This document shows positions 1-9,816 of a stretch of DNA of 64,000 bases, in pieces; positions within the stretch are counted from its first letter, which is position 1; each line of letters opens with the position of its first letter. The notes under the pieces are model-generated. The model worked only from the letters and a program-made list of their open reading frames with translations. It was not told the origin of the DNA and did no database searches. This DNA is from Amphiscolops sp. MND2022 (lineage: Eukaryota): the NCBI GenBank assembly GCA_964187785.1, contig OZ076409.1:78184001-78248000 (forward strand), in the 5' to 3' direction. The translations under genes were made by a program, and so were the position numbers.

Positions 1-1828
1 CTGAAGCTGAATCATCGCCAATGTAATACCTACACCCATTTGGCGACTACTGTATCTCCCTTGTCGCGACTTGACGACATGGAGTTTATACAGAGGTACT
101 AGTATCTGAGTTTTGGGATGTAATTTCGTTTTTTCGATACACCTGAACTAGCTGCTACCGCGGCAGTGACTTCGCAGGGGCGAATTTGCCATACGTCGTC
201 GAAGGGCATGCCCACAGACTGTGGGCGTCGGAACGCTATGTGGCGTTGTACTAATGTGATATGGTAACGGATATGTGTATTGGTTGAAATAGTGGTGAGA
301 AGAACAAACGACTTCATCAATTTCAATGAAATATAAAAGTATTATACGGTTGTTTATTTAAAAGTCTAAATACGTGTTAAGATAGTTAATTTCGTCGGGA
401 GTGTGATCTTTCGATGACATTTATTTGGCAAACGCACCTTCACGTCATCTCTCAGAAGCGGACAGAATGAAGGCACTTAAAGACATGAAAAAACCAAAAA
501 ACAAAAGACTTGTGTGTAAATTCTATCATAACATCTCGAATACCCCTCGCCATATACACTAAGCGAACGCCACAAAAGGGACACCACGCATACATGTTCA
601 AAACATGCCTACTGTCCTTTCTGAACATTTTCGACGGCGTTATTGATATAAAAAGTATTAGTTTTACACTATTGTAGTCACATATCAAACTATTCTCAAA
701 TGATCATAACTCAACGTCAAGTTAAGATAAAGGAAAGTTTTAGACGTTATTTACCTCATCTAATAAGTGCATTCCGCAGTCATTCACTTGCTATCTTTGT
801 TATGTGGACGTTTCATCATTTTCGAAGACCGGAAAATTTTGAACAAAATTGTAAACGTTTTAAGTCATGCCTTTGTTCACTGGGTATTACAATCGAACGT
901 AATTCCGGCAAAAGAGTCGAATGGTTTTGTTCTGCAGAAATAGAAGCTGAAGTAAAAACTCATGTATGTACCAGAAACAATTTTAGTCCTTCTTCGCTTC
1001 AGGAGTTACATACAATGTTACAAAAGTTTGAAAGTTGGACGTATTTGGCTTTTCGAAAGTACATTCTCATCTCCCCCGATGGGGATATGGAATGTACTTA
1101 AGTGTTTCTTGTTATCTGATGATTAAGATTGGACATATAAGATTGGAGATTTCGATGAAACTAAGGTTCCATTTACGTATTATCACATCTGAACCTTTTA
1201 GGAAGCTCACATTCAAAACATCAAGTAAATTTATAATCGCTAATTAAAAATAAATGGACATGGTATTTATCTGGAATGATTCGCTTCTTATATGGAACAT
1301 GATTATTTATGGTATGGTTTTCTTGCCAATAAAGACTTTTTTTAAATTATTACTCAAACGATTGGCAGTACCTGGTTTGGTATACTCTGCGTTGATAGAA
1401 CGCCAAGAAACTGTGTTTTGGATGGTTTTTCGGGCATTTTAATAGTTTTTAGTTCTACTTTTTTGTGCTATTTAGCTTTATTTTTCATGGGTTTAAGATA
1501 TTTTTTAAACTGTTAAAAATGTTTTCTAAGTATGATTCCGATATACTATAATGCGGATAGAGTGGATCAGTATGTAATAGTTTTCTGTGCTACTAACATA
1601 CGGCAAATGGAGTCCTTCTGAATTTTATTAGAACAAGCTACGTTTTTTCAACCAAAAAAGTCGACTTTTTCAAATAATGTTCAAATAAGGTTCAAACTCG
1701 GATTTCTGAGGTCTAAGAAGCAGGGGTACGTGGATTCGAGTCTCGCAATGAACCAAAAAGTAGGGGAAGACCAAAGTTCCCTTTATATGATTCATTGCAA
1801 CTTTTTTCAGATTTCTTTTTTATTGGAT

Positions 1829-1962
1829 CAGATATCATGGATCTTCGTCATCAATAAAGTGCCATGTGTATCATCATGTTGGGGGGAGAGGACACACATC
1901 CGTGGTCTGCAATGAAAGTAGGGAACCCCATAGCAGCCACTATCCCAGTAGAAAAAAACCAA
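1829..1962 (-). mobile_element. 3' UTR fragment of the CRE-like non-LTR retrotransposon
   Basis: Reverse complement of the sequence that follows the CRE RLE stop codon at 12305-12427 and 26376-26510 (ggggttccctactttc...gatccatgatatctg). Confidence 0.75.
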
Positions 1963-2059
1963 TTTTCTCAAACCTAAACTCCCTCCCTCGGTTTTCACCA
2001 CAAACAGAGTTTTGCGAGCATAGAAGGTCACTTTTACTTTTTTCTGCACTATGTGACTT

Positions 2060-2545
2060 GCCGAAATAACAGCTAGCCCATCTTTATGGTCTAGCCGAAG
2101 TGCATAAACATGGCGTACCAATGAGACCAGTTCTGTCACTGCCAGGTAGCTGTTACTATAGCCTGACAAAGGAGTTATCACTGTTTGGAAAGATTCCCCA
2201 AGCTGGCATTGAAACATCTACTGGTGAAATTACAACGGGTGTGTCTACCATCACACTCCAAGAAGACAAGGTTTTAGTTTCATTAGATGTCGACAAGCTT
2301 ATAAACCAACGTCCCTTTAGAAAAATCTATGGAACTGGCTATTGAAACGCTGTACAATTCCGAGTATGCCCGTTTTTTGCAAAGACACGTTTAGGAAGTT
2401 GTTACGTATGCTTGTGTCTAATGTTGAACTCGTGTCAAATGGCGAAAGTTTTTTTTGCAGAGAGACGGTGTTGCCATGAGCTCGTCTCTCGCAGTGATCC
2501 TAGCTATCCTGTGGATGAAACAGTTTGAATACCGGTTGAGTAGTA
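2060..2545 (+). pseudogene. Penelope-like element reverse transcriptase fragment (frameshifted)
   Basis: Motifs HKHGVPMRPVLS, LVSLDV, NVPLE, QRDGVAMSSSLAVILA..WMKQFE are typical of PLE RTs; the frame is broken. Confidence 0.75.
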
Positions 2546-3326
2546 CTGTTGATCAGCAGGCCTTGGACAACCAAAGATGATTTTTGGGGAACTTACAGAT
2601 GTGATTTCGGCCGGCAGCAACTAAAACAAGACTCAATTCTGAGTCGCAGCAGAAAAGCGAGTTAGATCGACGACTGCGTTCCATTTGCACTAAATTAGAC
2701 GAAGGTAATGTTAAGGCCGGAATCAGAATGGCAGTAGGCGACGACAAGATTGCAGATTTCACAGTCGACAACTACGCTGCCCTTAAGCTGAAACATCCGC
2801 AGAGGGAAACTTGCTGTTCCGGACCCCACAGATAACGATTGTTTTTCAGCCTCGGAGTTTTTTGTCCACAAGGCTCTCATGTCCTTCCCCAACGGCTCTA
2901 GTGAGTTACCAGTCACTTGGCTTAATACCAATTGGCTTAATTTTTTCGTCGAGTCATTTGGCTTAAAAATTTTAAGCCAAGTGACCACAAAATTAAGCCA
3001 ACTCCATTGCAACTCAACGAATAAATGTCAACTCCCGGAAATATCATAATGTGGGGCATATGCGGTGTATGCACGCTGGCCCTCACCGTCACCCGGCGGG
3101 CCCTTGAGGCCGCTTATATTCCCATCTTGCTAAGCGAGGTCGAACAGGAGCGAAGACCTAGCGGGAACGGAGATCGCGAAGCGATCGTAGTGGGAGCTGG
3201 TCTTTGCGACGGTGAGGGCGAGCGTGCATACACCGCATATGCCCCACATTATATTTTCGCTTTCAGAACACATATTAGATCATAAATATGGGACAGTTTG
3301 CCGAAACCCATTTTGCCGAATTCGGC

Positions 3327-3367
3327 CTAAATCACAGCCTAATTGTTGTGATGAACTTATTAAATAG
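3327..3367 (+). other. Candidate spliced-leader-derived 5' end of LINE
   Basis: ctaaatcacagcctaattgttgtgatgaacttattaaatag; the last 30 nt are 27/30 identical to 12428-12457 at the 5' end of an unrelated LINE. Confidence 0.6.
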
Positions 3368-3379
3368 TTTCCGGTTGTG

Positions 3380-4192
3380 ATGCCTCCAAAAAGACAGACG
3401 AAGCAGACAAACAGCAAAAGTGCAACTACTGACCTCCTACCCTGTGCAAAAGAAACGTGTGGAAAATGTGATGTGGAGGTAGTTGACGGGGATTCAGCCC
3501 TGGCCTGTGAACAATGCCTCAGGTACTTCCACGGGGTCTGCTTGGGCGTAAACAATGCTGTGGTGACGGCAATGGGGAATCTCCCTGGGTGCTACTGGTT
3601 CTGTGAAGAGTGTGATGGACCTCAGCGGGCTCGTGTGGATCTGCCAAAGGAAACTGAAAAGCTAAGTAAAATGGTTTCTCATTTGAATACATTAGTAGCA
3701 AAGATTCCTCCTCTTGAGATACCAAAAACTCCTGATTCATCGACTGCTAAAATAATGAATGTAATGACTGAAGATTATAAATGTCAAGTACGTATCTCTG
3801 GCATTGAAGAAACTCCTGAAAACACTGCATCAAAACAGATGATTAAAGATCAAGTTCAAATTGAAGAAGTCCTTGAGAAAATTGACTGTTCCTTCCCGAT
3901 CAAAGGTGTAAGACGAATGGGCCGCTATTACCCAGGACGCAAACGGAAAGTTTTAATAACATTCCAATCACCATGGGAAGCACGGCTGGTCATTGCCAAA
4001 GCGATTGAAAATAACCTCTTCCAGGAACACAAAGTACTGATTACTCCTGGGCTTTCCAAAGAAGACGCATTGCGCGAGAAAACGCTCCTGCAAAAGAGAT
4101 ATGATATGATACAGAATGGCACTGATTCAAAAACTTTGAAAATTAGAAAACTTAAACTCTACCAAAATGGCAAGGAGGTTCAAATTGAATGA
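3380..4192 (+). CDS. LINE ORF1 protein (PHD finger + RRM-like domain)
   Basis: CGKC..CEQC..FHGVC..WFCEEC PHD motif; VRISGIEE..VRRMG..RKVLITF..ITPGLS pattern of CR1-type ORF1. ATG at 3380. Confidence 0.85.
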   Translation: MPPKRQTKQTNSKSATTDLLPCAKETCGKCDVEVVDGDSALACEQCLRYFHGVCLGVNNAVVTAMGNLPGCYWFCEECDGPQRARVDLPKETEKLSKMVSHLNTLVAKIPPLEIPKTPDSSTAKIMNVMTEDYKCQVRISGIEETPENTASKQMIKDQVQIEEVLEKIDCSFPIKGVRRMGRYYPGRKRKVLITFQSPWEARLVIAKAIENNLFQEHKVLITPGLSKEDALREKTLLQKRYDMIQNGTDSKTLKIRKLKLYQNGKEVQIE

Positions 4193-4201
4193 CTCACAAA
4201 G

Positions 4202-7012
4202 TTGGAAGAAAAAGTTTCTAAAATTCTCTACTTGAATGTGCAAGGTCTCTTATCGTTCCAAAAATGTATTGATTTACAAAAGCTTTATCTGACTGGTTCA
4301 TATGATTTGATGCTGTTATGCGAAACCTGGTTTGACGAAAATGTTGAATCGATTATATTTCCTAATGACATCCCAACAGTCCTGAATCGAGCGGATCGGA
4401 AGGATGGTTCACATGGTGGTGTGGTGATATGTTCGAATACTTTGGATACATCTCCGGTCAAAACAAATTTCGACTTCGGTTGCGCTGTTATTTTCCAGAA
4501 CTGCTTGGTGATAGTTATTTATAATCCTCCCCTGACCAGCAAATACCGGATAATGGATAAACATCTCCTCAATTTTATTAAATCGGTTATTTGCAAAGCT
4601 TTTTGGTCGGTCGAGAAAAATATCTTAGTGTTAGGCGATTTCAATATCCCTTCGATTAATTGGGCACTCTTTCCCGCTCAAATTCCCGAGGAGTACTCCG
4701 AAGTTTTCAATTTCTTCATTCACAATGGCTTTGATCAATTAATTCATCAAACGACCCATGACGGAGGCAATATTCTAGACCTTTGTTTTGCAAACTTTGA
4801 CATTCAATCAATCTCTGTGTCGGGAAAAAATTTCCAGTCTGACCACTTCGGAATAACTATTATTTTAGAAACTTTTCATCTTAAAAAGTGGGAAATGCCT
4901 CAATCCAACTCAACCTTCTCCCTTACTCCAGATGCGGTGGAAAACATAAAGCTTGACCTATCTGACAATATATTTTCAATGGTACAGCCAAATTCCGAAT
5001 CTACTTATAGCCAGAATTGGTTCGATAATTTCGACGAAATTCTGAAGAAACACATGAGAAAGAAACGTCAAAAACGTTTGAATCTACCGTTCTATTACAC
5101 TTCGCATTCGATTCACCTTTATAATCAATTGAAAACCCTTGCGTCTTCAACGAAAAATTACAACATATCAAAATTTATGTCAGTGAAAAAAGACCTCTTG
5201 GAGTCTATTGAGTTGGATATCCATTGTTTTGTTAACCATTTTGTTAGTAACAACACGAGAATGCATGACTGTTATAATCTAGTCAGATCTTTCAAAAATT
5301 CTTCGTCCTATCCCTCAAAAATGACATGGGAGAAAAAGAATTTCTCTGGTAAACCTGATATTGCCAATGCTTTCAACGACTTTTTCTTTTGCCAATATCA
5401 AGAATGTTCAACTATCAAAAATTTCAACAACTTCGATGAATTAGAATTGAATGATGTTGAAATCACTCTAGATGAAGTGTACTCAGTTCTAAACTGTTGC
5501 ACGAATGGAACTGGACCGGATGGTCTTTCTGGGTTTCTACTGCGACAGATTTCCAACGAATTTAGCATTCATTTTCTTAAATTGGCAGAACACATTCTCA
5601 GTACATCAATTTTCCCTGCAAACTGGAAAACAACTTTCATTAGACCAATGCACAAAAAGAAATGTAAAACGGTAATCGAAAATTACAGACCTGTAGCATC
5701 TTTATCCCGTCTTTCAATTTGTTTTGAACGGCTCCTTTTTAAAAAACTTTATCCCCACTGCTCAAAAAAGATATCCCATTTACAGCATGGGTTCATGAAA
5801 AGCAAATCGATACAATCCCAATTGTTAATTCACTTAGATTACATATACAACAACCTCGACAGAGGAGATGAAGTTTTCACAGTTTATCTTGATTTCAGCA
5901 AAGCGTTTGATCGTGTTGATCATGAGATTTTATTGAAAAAGGTTGCCAGTTTTGGGATTGGTGGCAATATACTCAAACTCTTGAAAAGTTATCTCGAAGA
6001 TCGTGAACAACGAGTTAAAATTGACGACTGTCTCTCAACTGCCCTTCCAATCAAAAGTGGTGTCCCCCAGGGCTCGGTTATTGGACCTTTATTATTTTTA
6101 ATCTTCATTAATGATTTGCCTGGTGTTTGTGTCGACTCAATAATGTTACTCTTTGCAGACGATTCGAAAATCTCAAATGCTGATCCCATTGAACTCCAGA
6201 ATGATCTTATAAGGATTTATAACTGGGCGAAAGCAAATAAAATGGAATTCAATAACACGAAAACTGAACTACTATGGTTTACTCTTCATCGCTATAAAAT
6301 TTCTGATAGACGTGTATTGGTCTTTGATTCTAAAGATATTGAGTTTTCTACGGTCCCTATTAAAGATTTGGGTATCAATTTTACGTCTGATTTGAAATGG
6401 TCAGCCCACATCGATGTTCGTATTAGAAAAGCTTTTTCACGATTCATGATGTTAAAGCGGTCCTTACCGACTACCTTACCGGCTAATGTAAAATCACAAG
6501 TTTACAAACTTTATATCCTACCAATAATCACCTATGGATCAGTCCTATGGTTTCCCAACAAGACTGATTTATCGAAATTAGAAGTCTTTCAAAATAAAGT
6601 TATTCGTTGGTTTGGACTTATAGATGATTATAAGGATCGGTTATTAGCCCTAAATTTGCTTCCCTTTTCTCTGCTGTTTCAGTTGAACGACCTCCTATTC
6701 CTACATCAATGTATTGTGAACGATTCTCCGATATGTTCAGGACTGCTCTACAAAGAATCTCTCCGCCATTATGACACCCGATTTTCATCACGAAAACTTC
6801 TCTTTAAAAAGAAAACAAGACTGAAGTCCACTGACAGCTTTTTCATAAACAGAGTTGTTAATCTAGCTAATTTCGTATCATCGAAATTCGAGATTGACTT
6901 CTTTGACACGACCTCATTTAAGCCTAAACTGAAAAATATTTTCCGAAACTACCTTAAATATGGCTATGATAAATCGGATTGTAGAAGGTTTTTGAAGTGC
7001 TATTGCTGTTGA
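4202..7012 (+). CDS. LINE ORF2: apurinic-like endonuclease + reverse transcriptase
   Basis: 936-aa open frame. APE motifs LNVQGL, CETW, GDFN, LDL, SDH; RT motifs NYRPVA, QHGF, LDFSKAFD, GVPQGS, FADD. In frame with ORF1 behind a single TGA. Confidence 0.93.
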   Translation: MEEKVSKILYLNVQGLLSFQKCIDLQKLYLTGSYDLMLLCETWFDENVESIIFPNDIPTVLNRADRKDGSHGGVVICSNTLDTSPVKTNFDFGCAVIFQNCLVIVIYNPPLTSKYRIMDKHLLNFIKSVICKAFWSVEKNILVLGDFNIPSINWALFPAQIPEEYSEVFNFFIHNGFDQLIHQTTHDGGNILDLCFANFDIQSISVSGKNFQSDHFGITIILETFHLKKWEMPQSNSTFSLTPDAVENIKLDLSDNIFSMVQPNSESTYSQNWFDNFDEILKKHMRKKRQKRLNLPFYYTSHSIHLYNQLKTLASSTKNYNISKFMSVKKDLLESIELDIHCFVNHFVSNNTRMHDCYNLVRSFKNSSSYPSKMTWEKKNFSGKPDIANAFNDFFFCQYQECSTIKNFNNFDELELNDVEITLDEVYSVLNCCTNGTGPDGLSGFLLRQISNEFSIHFLKLAEHILSTSIFPANWKTTFIRPMHKKKCKTVIENYRPVASLSRLSICFERLLFKKLYPHCSKKISHLQHGFMKSKSIQSQLLIHLDYIYNNLDRGDEVFTVYLDFSKAFDRVDHEILLKKVASFGIGGNILKLLKSYLEDREQRVKIDDCLSTALPIKSGVPQGSVIGPLLFLIFINDLPGVCVDSIMLLFADDSKISNADPIELQNDLIRIYNWAKANKMEFNNTKTELLWFTLHRYKISDRRVLVFDSKDIEFSTVPIKDLGINFTSDLKWSAHIDVRIRKAFSRFMMLKRSLPTTLPANVKSQVYKLYILPIITYGSVLWFPNKTDLSKLEVFQNKVIRWFGLIDDYKDRLLALNLLPFSLLFQLNDLLFLHQCIVNDSPICSGLLYKESLRHYDTRFSSRKLLFKKKTRLKSTDSFFINRVVNLANFVSSKFEIDFFDTTSFKPKLKNIFRNYLKYGYDKSDCRRFLKCYCC

Positions 7013-9816
7013 TTTTTGTTTCTTATATTTTCAATCATAAATAATCAGGCTGTTTAATATCTACAGAAAAGTAGAATTTAAGTCTTTTACTACTACGGCA
7101 AAGTGTCCCTACCTTGCCCATTTTGCCGAATTTTTTCGGCAAAGTGGGCATCGGAATTCGGCAAAGTGGGCATCGAAATTCGGAAAAGTGGGCAAGGCAG
7201 TTGTCTAACAGACTTTTTGAGAGCGAAAATATAATGTGGGCAGATCCGATGTATGCACGCTTGCCCTCACCGTCGCAAAGACCAACTCCCACTACGATCG
7301 CTTCGCGATCTCCGTTCCCGCTAGGTCTTTGCTTCTGTTCGACCTCGCTCAGCAAGATGGGAGCATAAGCGGCCCAAGGGGCCGCTGGGCACTAGAGGAA
7401 ATGGGGTTATATCCGAGACAGGTTTTATACTTTGAATCACTTGATAGCTTTAAAAGTCTGTTTTTGCAGAAGTAGACAACTGCCTTGCCCACTTTGCCAA
7501 ATTCCGGTGCCCACTTTGCAGAAAATAATTCGGCAAAATGTCCCATGCTTTCGGCAAAGTGAGATTCGGCAAAAAGTGCATATACCTAGATCATAAAGGG
7601 GTTAAACATACGAATTTTAGATTAAATTAGATCCATTAGACCCAAGCAATTAGATCACGGAGGCGTACACTCCAATACGCTGACTACACTATGAGATAAA
7701 TTCGACAAAATCTGCCACGTGTTTTCAACTAGGTGGTTTTAAGTCAAATGATTTTAAGCCAAGTGACCAACACCCGAGACACTTAGCTTAAAAAAATTAA
7801 ACCAAGTGACCAATTGTATTAAGCCAAATGACTTTAAGCCAAATGGCATTAAGCCAAGTGACCATTTACCCTCTAGTGCAGGGTTGGATTGCATTTCGCC
7901 CCAAATTTTGAAAGATTTGACTGCCAAGTCGAACGGGCAAACTGGACTGAATTTTCTCAGAGCCTTAACAAATCTTGTGAATGTGGTTCTCGGAGGAAAA
8001 GAACCTTTCGAACTTCAGGCGGAATTCTTTGGTGCGAAATTAATTCCGTTAAAAAAAGCCCGATGGAGGACTTCGTCCTATCGCTATAGGCAATACTTTC
8101 CGCCGATTGTCCGCAAAATGTGCCGGATACCATGTCTTCGAATCACGTCAAGCAAGATATGGAAGTCGACAAGAAAAAAACCGAAACGCGACAGAAAACA
8201 GCAGCAGAAAAGCGAGTTAGATCGACGACTATGTTCCATTTGCACTAAATTAGACGAAGGTAATGTTAAGGCCGGTATCAGAATGGCAGTAGGCGACAAC
8301 AAGGTTGCAGATTTCACGGTCGACAACTACGCTGCCCTCAAGCTGAAACATCCGCAGAGGGAAACTTGCTCTGTTCCGCACCCCACAGATATCGATTGTT
8401 TTTCAAATTCGGAGTTATTCGTCCACAATGTTCTCATTTCCGTCCCCAACGGCTCTAGTGCAGGGTTGGATGGCATTTCGCCCAAAAGTTTGAAAGATTT
8501 GACTACCAAGTCGAACGGGCAAACGGGACTGAACTTTTTCAGAGCCTTAACAAATCTTGTGAATGTGAATCTGGAAGGAAAAAAAACCTTTCGAACTTCG
8601 GCCGTACTTTTTTGGTGCGAAACTAATTGCGCTAAAAAAGCCTGATGAAGGACTTTGCTGTGTGCAATACTTTCCGCCGATTGTCTGCAGAATATGCCCT
8701 ATACCGTGTATTTGAATCACGTCCGTCAAGCAATATATGGAAATTGACAAGTAGGTGCAGGCACCAAAAGGGGCGCTGAATTTGTCTCATATGTTTTCCG
8801 TTGTTTGATACAAAGCCTCGAGCCCAAAGAACACGTAATTTTGAAAATTGACTCTCAAACGCTTTTAATTCGATAAACCGACAATCCATGCTAGAGAAAA
8901 CTTTTGAAATACACCCTGAAGTTTATAACTACTCATACTCGGCGTACAGCTAGCCAAGATTTATTTTTTTACGATGATTCAGTAATCAAATCTTGTGAAG
9001 GGACCCGGTTGGGTTGGGTCTTCAGCTTTATTTTTGGATTCCATTCAGGATCTGATTGATAGTTTGGAGTGGAAAATAAACTTATGTACCTTGACGATAG
9101 AAATTTAGGCGATGATTACAGAACCGTTTTGAAAGATCTCAAAAAAATTGTTGAAGCGGAAAGAACGCTGGGAATGCGGAACTTTTTTGCTTGTTGACAT
9201 CATAGAAAAACACCGATCGACAATTTTAGCAACTTTCCAAAAGCTTTGCGCAGAGATCAAAATACCAAAAAATGATGAACTTATCAGTCTTGGTTCACCG
9301 CTAGGCCCGAAATCACAAGCAGACTTTTCAGAAAAATTTTTTGAACTGGAGTATTTGAAATTTGCACTATGATTTTTTAATGTTGAAAAAATGCTCCAGT
9401 CTGCCAAAGTTGTTCTATTTACCGAGAACCAGTACATATTTTAATCGTCCAGCTCTCTTGGAAAAGTATGATAAAACCCTATGCAATGGGCTTTCCAAAG
9501 TATGTAAGGTAAGTTTCGACGATATTTCGACTACTCAGCTGGCTCTGCCTGCTAAAGAGGGTGGTTTTAGGGTTTCATCCGCATCATAATTAGCACTTCA
9601 TGCCTTTTTGGCCTCAACTTTTGGTGCGAGTGACTTTCTCACGACGATTTTTTCGGAAATTTTTGAAGATGTTTAGTTTACAAAAGCGTTTGAGAAATCG
9701 TTGAGTTTGACGAATGAACAAGAATGTCCTGTCGATGGAACCCAGAAAAAATGGACAAAACGTGTCTACGTCAAAACCGACAAAGATTCGATTTCTAGAA
9801 TGGATGACAAACGTTC

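Larger units (their letters stand above)
3327..7096 (+). mobile_element. Full-length, apparently intact CR1/L2-group LINE
   Basis: PHD-type ORF1, uninterrupted APE-RT ORF2, short 3' UTR and (TAC)n tail at 7088-7096. Inserted into element B at ttcggc|aaagtg with a short (c)ggc duplication. Confidence 0.9.
3284..7586. mobile_element. Non-autonomous TIR element 'B' (TTCGGCAAA repeats) nested in A
   Basis: TAGATCAT is duplicated at 3276-3283 and 7587-7594; inverted tttgccgaa / ttcggcaaa arrays; the GC-rich core lies at 7230-7400. Confidence 0.7.
2904..7870. mobile_element. Non-autonomous TIR element 'A' (TTAAGCCAA subterminal repeats) carrying nested insertions
   Basis: CTCTAGTG is duplicated at 2896-2903 and 7871-7878 and splits the CRE RT; the unsplit site ggctctagtgcagg is seen at 8451. 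Inverted ends ...gtcacttggcttaat / attaagccaagtgac. Confidence 0.8.

Noticed and set aside
2904..3010. CRISPR-like array from short repeated motifs (TTAAGCCAA, TTCGGCAAA)
   Set aside because: Irregular short subterminal transposon repeats in eukaryotic DNA; no constant repeat-spacer period and no cas genes.
3025..3285. Recurrent small ORF (AYIPILLSEVEQE...) as a conserved peptide
   Set aside because: Starts, stops and frames differ among copies; it reflects the non-coding core repeat.
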